In this document: piece by piece, positions 50,916 through 61,787 of the stretch
Layout of the letters: each line of letters opens with the position of its first letter
Numbering within the stretch: position 1 is the first letter of the stretch
Origin: Dipteris shenzhenensis
Lineage: Eukaryota
Strand: one strand, 5' to 3'
DNA length: 64,000 nt
Assembly (NCBI GenBank): GCA_047967505.1
Contig: CM106538.1
Position numbers and translations under genes: made by a program
Notes under the pieces: generated by a model
Seen by the model: the letters and a program-made list of their open reading frames with translations, nothing else
What the model was told of the DNA's origin: nothing
Databases searched by the model: none

Positions 50916-52400
50916 ATTCGTTTTGCTTCATTATATACTTTAATTAGACTGTGTTTTGTATTCTTTTAGTAGTAGCAAAAAGGGGGCTCATTGTTCTGTT
51001 GTTCCTGCATGTTGGGTCAACAGACTGAATTGTATCTCAAGTTTATGGATCGGAATCCGAACATTTGAGAATTAATTCATGATGGTGGTCGCTCTCATTA
51101 GCCACGTTTGTCGTGGCTAAGATTCCACCCGGCTGGCAGTCAATTACTAGCCACCGAAGTGCCACCACATGGCATCTTCTTCATGATTACTAGCCCCCCG
51201 TCTGGGGTGGTGCCTAAGATTCCACCACGGTGGCTTGCAATTAATATGGATGGAACCCCAGCAAGCTCCAGCCACCACAGTGGCTCAAAATTTATAATAT
51301 ATATAAGATCTGTGGCATTTGGCATTTTACTATGTTGCTCTGATCCCGCCCATGATCTACTACTTTGCTCCACACACTCTGCTACTTTGCTCCACACCCC
51401 TCCTCAAGATCTTTTCTGCCTCTGCTCTACTTTGCTCCATGCTCCCTCCTCCAACTCTCATCACTCATCTGCTCCCCTACTCACCCACTCATCTTCAACA
51501 TGCCTACTACCACCCCCCCTTGATGCTCTGTGATCCCAATGTTATCTGCCTTCTCATATAAGGTGATTGTGTTGCACTCACCTGGAGTAGGAATGCTAGC
51601 ACTAGTGGAGACCCTTCGTTCCCACAGTCGATTCCCCACACATCTACATGTCACCACCTTAGATGACATGCTCATAGAGGGCCTCTTTATGGATGTGCTA
51701 TATGGGTTCCCCCTAGATGTCCACGAAGGCCTTAGTATTTTCAGAGCAGAGTACTCTAGACTTGTTGGGGGAGCCATAATCCGAGTCCTAGCAATGTGCA
51801 TGGTCTTTGCCCTCTCCATCATATCCTCCTTTGGCTCCCTAAAACAAGCTAAACTAGTGGAAAACTGAGTCGTACAAATTCCCTCTTGCTTAGATGAGGC
51901 TCTCAACAATGGCTGGATGTAATCTTTTGGGTTCTCAACGATCTTTTGGCTCACTGGATGTAAGGTTGTGGTCTCTAAGGCATTCATGTAATCTCTTTTT
52001 GTTCAATTTGAGGCTCTCAGTATGCACACTTGTTAACTTTTATATTCTGAATGGTTATGGCTACTACCTGTAATCTTTTAGCCTTTAAGGCTCTCAGCAA
52101 TTGCTGAGTTTTTATAAATGTAAGATCCTCTGTTCAATTTTTACTCAATATAAGTTGATAATTTTTATATAACCTGTTATTGGATGTAGATGTACATTGT
52201 AATCTCTTTTGCTTTCGAGAACTTGTACTTTTGCCCTCATTTATATTTATTGCAACAAGGACTAAAATACCAGGAAAGATGGACTACAATTTCCTTGGTT
52301 TATGACAAAATAGCGCTAAAATAACTCCAACGATCCCACCATTGTGGTTGCATGGAGATATACCTAGAAAAATACAATTAAACTTTCAAAAATTGCAATT

Positions 52401-52543
52401 GAGGATATGGCCCTTGAGGGGTCCTCTCTAGGGGCAAGGGCCATATCGACGTGCATTATACAATATCAAGATGCCACTGGACAGAAATGGCATATCGATA
52501 TGGCCCTAGCCCCTAGAGGGGACTCCTCAAGGGCCATATCGTC
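52401..52543. mobile_element. 143-bp MITE with ~50-bp self-palindromic TIRs, flanked by AATT on both sides
   Basis: GAGGATATGGCCCTTGAGGGGTCCTCTCTAGGGGCAAGGGCCATATCGA vs reverse-strand GACGATATGGCCCTTGAGGAGTCCCCTCTAGGGGCTAGGGCCATATCGA. Confidence 0.8.
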
Positions 52544-53480
52544 AATTGGATTTTGCTTTGTTGCACAACAAAATACATTTTCATTGGTACACATACATAT
52601 AACTCAAAGAACTAGCATGGTGGCTTTCATAGATCTCCTTTTCTTTGCCAGCATGCTGGTCGTCATAGACTTCCTCCTGTAATACGTAAAAATAGGTAAC
52701 GGAGCTATAACTCTAAGAACTAGCACGGTGGTCTTTCCAAGACAACCTTGAATTTTGAGCGATGATAGGTCATTAGAGGCCAGAGATTGCATTGAGGCAA
52801 TGCTTAGAATGATAGATTGTGTCTCATTATTATGCCAAAAACCAGCGCGGTGGTCTCTCCAGGCCAACCTATGATTTGCATGGTCTGCGGGCAAAGATGC
52901 GACAAAAGGTTGCACGATGACAGGTGGTCAGGCCAAAGAGTGTGTGCTGCAGCAGTGTTCAGTATGATAGATTGCATCTAATTATTACGCCAAGAACTAG
53001 CACGATGAACTCTCTAAGACAACCTTCAATTTTAATGATCTGTATGGGTGTGGTGCCTAGTGACAGGTGGCAAAGCTACAGCAAAAGGTTGTGCGATGAT
53101 AAGTGATTAGACGGCATAGGCCAAAGACTGCGCTGCGTGAGTAGTGCAGAGATGCCATGTGTCGAGCTATGCAGTGTTCAGAACAAATACATTGTGTCTC
53201 AGTATTATGCTAGTGCACCTTCGTGACGTCGAAAAAATTTTCGAGGAGAGCACGGGTCTGCACAAAATTCAAATATTCACCCAGGAGCGCATTACATCGT
53301 GGCCCCAAAATGGCCCCGAAAATACTTCCACAATTGACTACACCCAAGCAAATGTTAACCCTATTGCATTCACTTCTTGCACTCTTTACAAGTCTATTTA
53401 TTCCAGCATCAATCCTACATTAAAGGAAAGAAATTAGCACATTGAGCTTGTGAGCTCAAAAGCAGCTTGTTACATCCACA

Positions 53481-54245
53481 AGAAGAAGTAATTGGTAGAT
53501 CCATGAGTAAAGTCTCTTGATACACACTAGGTAAGCCTTTGACATAGAGCCACAAACATTCTCCAGCATGGATCAATTCTATTTCTCATTCTTATTTAAG
53601 TGGTGATATTCCATTCATGATCCCAAATGAAATCCACGAATCGGAAGAACAAAACTGGCAAAAAATTGTATTGCTCGCTATACAAGCATTGACTTAGTTT
53701 GAATTGCCATAATCATGTTGCAATAGCTCCCTTGGCTAGCAATCACGAATTCCTCTTGATTTTGGCATGAATTGAATTCTTACAAAATACAAAATGAGAT
53801 CAGATTATGTGCCATGGGAGATATTCAATTTATGTTTCAAACATAGATTTACAATAACTACATAGAAGAAGTAATTGTTAGATCCATGAGTAAAGTCTCT
53901 TGATACACACTAGGTAAGCCTTTGACATAGAGCCACAAACATTCTCTAGCATGGATTAATTCTATTTCTCATTCTTATTTAAGTGGTGATATTCCATTCA
54001 TGATCCCAAATGAAATCCACGAATCGGAAGAACAAAACTGGCAAAAAATTGTATTGCTCGCTATACAAGCATTGACTTAGTTTGAATTGCCATAATCATG
54101 TTGCAATAGCTCCCTTGGCTAGCAATCACGAATTCCTCTTGATTTTGGCATGAATTGAATTCTTACAAAATACAAAATGAGATCAGATTATGTGCCATGG
54201 GAGATATTCAATTTATGTTTCAAACATAGATTTACAATAACTACA
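53481..54245. repeat. Near-identical tandem duplication, period 383 bp
   Basis: AGAAGAAGTAATTG(G/T)TAGATCCATGAG starts at 53481 and at 53864. Confidence 0.95.
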
Positions 54246-54385
54246 AAATTTAAGCATTGAACTCATTTGAAATAACAAATCCTCATGTTGAAACCCAATG
54301 CATTACTTCTTTTTTCCTACTCCATGAGGGCAATACCAATAATTTACTTCTTTTCAAAACTACTAAAGGGAAGCTAGTTAAAAGA

Positions 54386-55346
54386 TATTGGGAGACATGT
54401 CTATAGCAACAGAGATGTTTTTCACTAATTTGGCTAAGGCAAATGCATAAAGTTCCTTGATGGGATAGAGCTTGTGGAAAGGGAAAGCGAGTTGGATCCC
54501 CCTTTCTAGACTAATTCCACCATAGAATGGTGTTTTTTCAAACTTTTTATAATGGGAGCCATTTTCCATTGATTTGGCTGACCAAGTGCGTAAACATCCT
54601 CAAGTCCATCAGAGTATCCTCAAGTGGGTATTCATCATCAAGTCCATCAGAGTATCCATAAGGACGTCTAAGTTTATGTTATTGAGATTGTGGAATGACC
54701 AAATGAGCATTAGATCAGTCTTGCTTGATTGATTCCACCATAAACTCTATGATTCATACTTTCTATACTATGTTGGGATCCATTTCTCATTTGTTTGCTT
54801 AGGTAGAAACGGACTCAAGTTAGGCAAGATGTATGCAAGTTTCTAATACTTGATTAGATGAACTTTTAACTAGAACATGGGAGAATTGGATCTCCATTGC
54901 TTTCCCATTCCTTCTTCTTACACTTTCTATATGAATGGAGCCTTTTTTGCCTAATTTGGCTAAAGTGAGTGTCTAAAGGGACTCAAGTTAGGAAATGAGT
55001 GAAAATTTCACTAAAAAATGGTATTGATATTGTGCACAGCCACTCGAGCATTTGATTGGATTTGTTTGACTACTTCTATAACAAAAAGTCAATTTTCACA
55101 CTTTTTACGCCAAGGGAGTCATTTTTTAAACTTTGATTGGATTTGTTTTCCTACTTCTACAACAAATAACACCTTACTTGGATTTGTTTGACTATTTCTA
55201 CAACAAGTGAGTACAAGCTTTTGTGAGCACTACCTTCAAATTGGTTCTGTCAAAGGAAAACAATTGTAAAGATGATCGAATCATTAATTCGTAGCACCAA
55301 TGATGGAAGCCCATGCATAGGAAAGTCCTTATGATGTGCAAATTCT

Positions 55347-55429
<83 letters not shown>

Positions 55430-58400
55430 AACCAAAATGGAAGGGGGACACTTGGCAAGAAAGTGTGTGGGACACTTTTTAACAAAAGTGTAACTATAGC
55501 ATTGCCTTGAAGGCAGTGCTAACAAACAACCAATTTTCACCCTTTTTATACCAAGTGATTCATTCTTCAATGATTTGGCCAACTAGATGGGTAAATGGCC
55601 TTGAACAAGGAAATGACTGGCAAGAGATCATAACTGATGTTGAGCCATATTTCATTGATTTGGAAAAACCAAGTCTATTGAGGGACTAGACCAATGAAAT
55701 AAGTTTTTAAGGTCCTCCTTCTTGATGGGTTTGATATTGTAGAAAGGCAACATGATCATTATATTCCCCTTCTCCATCATTGATTTAATTTTTTCACTAT
55801 AAATTACATTTTTCCACACTTTCTATAGCACCTGACCCATTTCATGGAACATTACCCCATGCTATCAAAAGAAAGTATGTGTGATTACGTATGACTGATT
55901 GTTTATTAAGCAATGGGTTTATGATTTATTCAAATTTCACATGTTGAGTTAAAGAGTTGCTAACAAGGGTTATATTCATGTGCACTTCTAGTCATACACC
56001 TGTAGCCCTAGTTATAACATAAGGTATTAGAGCACAAAGGATATTGTGCATATGTCTGTATTCTAACTCTTCTATTGAGTTGCAGACGATGCTGGGAGAT
56101 AGGTGGCCGAGATGGCATGAGAAGAAGCAAACTTTTTTTCTTCTCCCACATTGTGTGAAGGGGTTGGCATCAATGGGGTTAGAGGATTTGTAACTTGGGT
56201 CTTCTAGGAGAAGTTTATTCTCTTCCTACTTTCCCCTCGCTCTCCTATTTGCCCATTTGATTTATGGGTAGCCTTTCCAAGGGACACTTGAGTAAGAAGA
56301 CCCTTCGATCCTTTGATTCTGACTTTGACCTGGATTGACGTAGATGATTTTTCTCAACTTCAACCATTGTGTATTGCATATGGCCATAGAGCCTTACTTT
56401 GATCGAATTGTCATGTCTAGTGAAGACCCCCACATCTTTTGTGGCTTTGTACATTGCATCAAGCCACAAGCCTCAAGTTGCCTCAAGTAGCATAACTACT
56501 TCTTGCTCCATAACATTCCTGCCTAAAGTTCTAGGCTGTACCGCCCTTTTCAAGTCATAAGCCTTGATGATTAGAAGGTTATCTCTATTTTCTATAGCTT
56601 TGTCTTTCCCTTGTCGTGAGTAACATGCATCATAGCTTCTTCATTCCACAAAGCCATGTGCAAATACATTTGCTAAAGACACAATTCTAAGATCTACTCC
56701 TTAGTAAGTGAATCTATTTTATTTTTTCCCATTCGAGATGGATTACTCCATGTCCTTAAATGCTGGATCAGAATGGTTTTGAATGCATAAGTTCCATCAA
56801 GGCTGCACTTTTTATAAGCTCATGTAGTTTTGGCAAAAGTAACGACATCCATCCTTAAAGCATGAGTGCAATGTCTTCATAGAAAGGACAAATGGAGCAT
56901 AGAATCAACAAAGTCTTCATTAGAAGACCAAAATTCATAAGCCTTAGATAACATGGAGCATATATGATCACACAATTCCATTTGATTTGATTTTGGATAG
57001 GTCATTTGAACCTACTCAAGAATAGCATCAATTTTGATTCAAATTACTACTTAAATTGGGACATGAGCTCATCTACAATAGTGAGTTGAACCTAAAACAT
57101 GTTGTGGAGGTTTCTCTATTGGGTCATTGTTTCCCTGGGTGTAGCCTTTTTTGGTGAGGTTCATGGAATTTTCTGTATATAGGTATCTTGCATGACCCGT
57201 AACTTATGCTTTGCTCAACGGAATTCAGCAAACTTTGTCTTCAAGTTGTAATACACATTTCAAACTTGAACATGAAAGAAAAAAATTATGTAATAAGGAT
57301 TTGAAACAAGACCGTAAAATAATTACAAGTGCTATGTTTCATGTGAAGCATGCATCCTGAAGACTATAGGATATAACAATTTATTCAAAGACATCAAAAT
57401 TTTATTCTATAGATACATGCAACCAAGTAATCATTCAAAAGTACACTACGTGAGCTTCTCCTCAACCCAAGGATGCACCTAAATGAGATCATTATGGATG
57501 GGTTAATGGGGCCTCCAATGTTGTGCTAAAGTGATGCATACCCATTTGAGGGCATGCTCCATAACTTTTTTTTGATTTGTTGAAAACCAAAACGGATTGA
57601 AAACTTGGAATCCAAGCTATTGGGACAAGTGCATGGTGGTCTTAAAACGTTGATAGTTGATGGTATTGGTATCTAGATTCACCCTAAAATGGAAGAAGTT
57701 GGAAAGTGCAATTTGTGCATGTGCAAATATATTTTAATAAATCCAACACTATTTACAATTTTGAATTCTTTCTTTTCCCATGCACTTACTTGCTATATGG
57801 CTCATAAGCATGCCAAAGGTCATTGCATTTAATAATACACAACATCAAACCCGATGGTGTGCCCTTTGGCCTATTTGTGTTTTGAAGCATTTTAGGGCAC
57901 ATTGCACTTGTTTGTGATATCCAAGTCTGCTAACGTGTATCACCGGAGGGGGAAAAACCAACAGCTTAAATTTTGCTACCCCCATGAATTTTGAATTTTC
58001 ACACCTCCCACCCATCAAATCTTGGAAGATTAAGTACCTGCAACCTGCCCCTGCCCTGCAAATGCCCTACAACCCACACGCACCTCAACATGACCTTGCA
58101 AAGACTTTGGTTTGCCATTGTCTTCTTTCGGGTAAGTTGTCTTCTAATCTTTAATTGCCTTACCAGATAGCTTCTCCAAGTCTAATCAAGAATGTGGATC
58201 TTACCTTTACTAAAAGGCCAAAAGTGATTTGTCAATGCAGAGTACAATATAGTTCAGAGCGCAAGAAAAGGAGAGGCAGCCTAAGTGCAGAAGTCATTGC
58301 TACAGTGATGACGTTTTGGCATAAAAATATGAGAGTTTCTCCAAATAGAAAGGACATCTGTAAGAAGCAGACGGGATGAAAGGTGTTTGAGGAGCACATC

Positions 58401-59565
58401 ATACACATGCTAAATATAACGCAGGTTAGTGGTACCTAAACTAGCCTGGTGGTTGTTTGTGATTGAGCTTTGGGATAGCTTACTTGTTTCATTTCTTAAA
58501 CTAGGCTTGGACTAAATGTGATTGTCTTAGACCAGAATAGTGGTTGGATCATCATGCAACCATAGGCTGGTTCAGCTCAATTGCTAGCTATGTGATTGTC
58601 CTGAACCAGTGCATGTGGTTGAACATCCATTAGTTGTTATTCAGCCCGGTGGCATGGTCGAGCAAAAATTAATAGTAATATATTTCATAATATATTGTTA
58701 TTTTACTAAACCAGCCCGGTGATTGGAACATCATGCAACCGTGGCTGCTTTGGCTCAATCACCAGTTATGTGATTGTCCTGAATGAGCATGGTTGAACAA
58801 ACATTACTTATTAACCAGCTGCGTGGTTGAAATTATTGTATTTCTTAGTACCTAAATTCATTAAATTTAATTTCCTACTATTCGGGTCACATACCACTGC
58901 TAAATTGTGAAATTCAGAAATGAAAAGCAATATATTGTTATTTTCCAATGGTGAAATTCAAAAATGAAAAGCAATATACTTGTTATTGTCTAATATGTGA
59001 AGTTGAGTCCGTCAGGCTAAACCATCCCAGTGGTTGAAACTATGATAGTGTCCTAAACCATCCCGGTGGTTGAAATTGTGAGTGACTATTGTCGTAAACA
59101 TGTCCTAAACCAGACCGGTGATTGAAATTGTGACTCTCCTAAACCAGCGTGGTGGCTCGGGGGGTCACTATGTATAAACCCTCTATATCACATGCGTTCA
59201 AGTCCTATATTTAAAGTCCCTTATCTGTAAAAAATTTCATTAATAAAATGTACCCCTTTTCTATACAAATCTGTAAATTTTTTCCAAAACTATTTTAAAT
59301 AGTCCCTTATGTATATTTATTTCTATAAATTTTAGAAATTAAAAAAATCCTTCTGTTAAACTCACGTGATAGGGTTACATACGATGAGTGACCCCCCCAA
59401 GCGTGGTGGTTGAAATTTGTTTTGCTTCATTATATACTTTAATTAGACTGTGTTTTGTGTTCTTTTAGTAGTAGCAAAAAGGGGGCTCATTGTTCTATTG
59501 TTCCTGCATGTTGGGTCAACAGAATGAATTGTATCTCAAGTTTATGGATCGGAATCCGAACATTT
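54386..59565 (+). repeat. Segmental repeat copy 2 (~5.2 kb)
   Basis: Colinear with 45776-51066; lacks the internal duplication, carries a MITE; microsatellite at about 55326-55425. Confidence 0.95.
59156..59401. mobile_element. 246-bp MITE with 8-bp TSD CGTGGTGG (hAT- or P-type TSD length)
   Basis: TIRs CTCGGGGGGTCACT... / ...AGTGACCCCCCCAAG; AT-rich interior; empty site in copy 1 at about 50900 (ACCAGCGCAGTGGTTGAAATT). Confidence 0.88.
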
Positions 59566-59579
59566 CAATTGGGCAGAGG

Positions 59580-61787
59580 TGTTGAGAGTTCATGCTCAAC
59601 ATCATGTGATCATGTGTGCATAGCACCATCACGTGATCATATGTGTATAGCACTAACCTTATAGAGTGCTATAAAGGAAAGGGTTAGATCCCCTAACCCT
59701 AACCCTAAAAGGGTTTGTATATATTCTATTTTTTGAACTAAATCTAGTGTACAGTTAGTCATTTGTGGTGTGCTCTCTAGCTGTGCCCTCTCTCCTCATC
59801 TCCACTCTTCTCCTCTTCCCTCTTCATATTTTGTCATGGTATCAGAGCTCCCTTGCCTTTCGCTGAGGCATTGCCAATCTCGAGAGAGTGAGAGAGATTG
59901 TGAGATTGAGTGTTCTTTCACTTCCGTTGAGAGATAGAGAAATTTCCATCCATTTGAGAGGAATTTCCGTCCATGAGAGATTGAGAGATTTCCGTTAATC
60001 TCATTCCATTCTATTCATTCCTTCTTTAAGAGTTTCTATTCATTGGAGAGAGAAAGAGGGAGCGAGATTTCAGTTGAGAGAGATTCACTCTGAGAGATTG
60101 TGTGAAAGAGAGAGAGGTTTTGAGATATCTGTGAGAAAGAGTTCTTAGACTCCCTCAATGACTGCATACCTGAGGTGCATTAGCCCCTGCGTGCTCGCCA
60201 AGTCTACAAGGCTCCGACCTTGACTACATGCCCACAACAAATAAGGCTCTCTATGCATAGCCTTCTCAGCGAGGGCTCATCCACGACGGCCTGCTTCTCC
60301 AAGCTTTGACCCGCCGGGCTCACGGGCTCACGGGCAATGCTTCAAAACTGCCCATGCAAGCCACCTCTCCAAAGCTTCTACAAAGCTTCCAACAAACAGG
60401 CCTACTTCCAACAAATGGCTCCTATAGCAGAAGCCTTGGACGTCTCCAATCGGCAGTGCGGCTCTACATCGGCTCTCATCGACTCGACAACCTTCTACAC
60501 GGCCTTCTCTAGGCAACGCCAAGCTTCTAGCTCAGCAACTCTGTAAGCCGCGCAGTGCCTAGCTCCATATAGCCTGTATTCCTTATATCCCCTGTTACTC
60601 ACTACGTCACCAACCGTCTTGTTGGTAATAATGAACGCAAAGATGGTGAAGAAGAAGAGCAAGACGATGAGCGGCATGAGTCACAATTGAAGCACAACTC
60701 CATGGAATTGGTCTTGTCAAGCTCAACCAACTCGACATACTTTGCCACGGGATTCCCTTGAGCCCTGCATCGTCAACAGCCACGCTTTGGCCCAAAGTAA
60801 GGGCCCGCTCTTGGCAACGCCTCTCCTGACGGCCCTTCCCGATAGCTTGCGGGATCCCATACCCTCTGATGCCATCGATACCCTGCGCCATTCGACCTCT
60901 CAGCCTCTACAACGACTAAGAGAATTTGCATCTGCAAGGCGCCATCTCCATCGTTCAGTCCATCGCCTCCGTCGACCAAGATACCTGCATCTCTTCTTTG
61001 AGAGAGAAATTGCCACGTGGCAGATAAGGCCACATGGCACTCTTCAATCCCATCACCCACCTTAGGGCAAGGTAACCCGGGGTAGAGTAACCTTGGTAAA
61101 AAATGGATAAGGATGGTTAAGTGAACCCCTAGTCAAGTTAAGCCAAGGCTGGGCTACTCAGAGAAGGGTGGTCAAAAATCAGCCACGTGGCACTTATCCA
61201 TGGCACTTATCCACTTGCCATGTTATCCATCTTATCATCAATCTTATCATGCCACATCATCAACCTTATCATGCCACATCATGAAGGCAATCCTTATCTA
61301 CCACATCACCCTTGCCAGCTCAGTAGGCCACGTCACCTGTGCCACGTCAGCACAAACACGTCATCATCGACTACCACATCATCATCGATTGCCACATCAC
61401 CTATGCCACATTAGTAGTTCATGTCATCACTACACATCAGCATTGCCATGTCATTTGCTGACATCATCATCTATGCCACCTCACTAGTGCCACCTAAGTA
61501 GTCCAATCAACACTGACCTCTGTAGGCACTCACAGTGCTCCACAGTCACTTCATGTGACCACTTCTGCCACCTCAGCACAAGCTCCACTGGCACACCTCT
61601 TGCTAGGCATAGTGCCACATCATCATTGCATGTGACTCATAGTGACACATCATCATTGAGCACCATTTGCACTCCTTTTGCCCCTCCACCTAGATCAAGT
61701 CATATCTCTTGATCCAGGAAGAATTTGAGGGCGCACCAAAAAGGAAAGTCGCTCGTTTTTTTGTGCTCTACGTGCTCATCACATCAT
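59580..61787 (+). mobile_element. Truncated sister of the 31277-38496 copia: 5' LTR, PBS and leader only
   Basis: LTR 59580-59836 differs from 38240-38496 at about five positions; PBS TGGTATCAGAGC 59837-59848; GCCACGTCA array; block 61565-61787 matches 33030-33253, then breaks off. Confidence 0.95.
60570..60700 (-). pseudogene. Two captured fragments of a plant tetraspanin coding sequence, antisense to the retrotransposon
   Basis: 60671-60570 = LIVLLFFFTIFAFIITNKTVGDVVSNRGYKEYRL (TM3 and start of the large loop; family pattern FAFVVTNKG.G.....GYKEY.L). 60700-60671 = ELCFNCDSCR (family pattern LC(Y/F).C.SCK), in a different frame. Confidence 0.85.

Larger units (their letters stand above)
45776..51066 (+). 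repeat. Segmental repeat copy 1 (~5.3 kb), with an internal ~400-bp duplication and two (TG)n(GA)n microsatellites
   Basis: TATTGGGAGACATGTC...GGAATCCGAACATTT, colinear with 54386-59565; microsatellites at about 46696-46752 and 47100-47197. Confidence 0.95.

Noticed and set aside
45776-59565. Assembly artefact explaining the large repeat
   Set aside because: Copies differ by many substitutions and by private insertions with proper TSD or filler signatures.
60495-60677. A functional tetraspanin gene
   Set aside because: Only about 130 bp of the coding sequence, out of order, inside an LTR-element leader.
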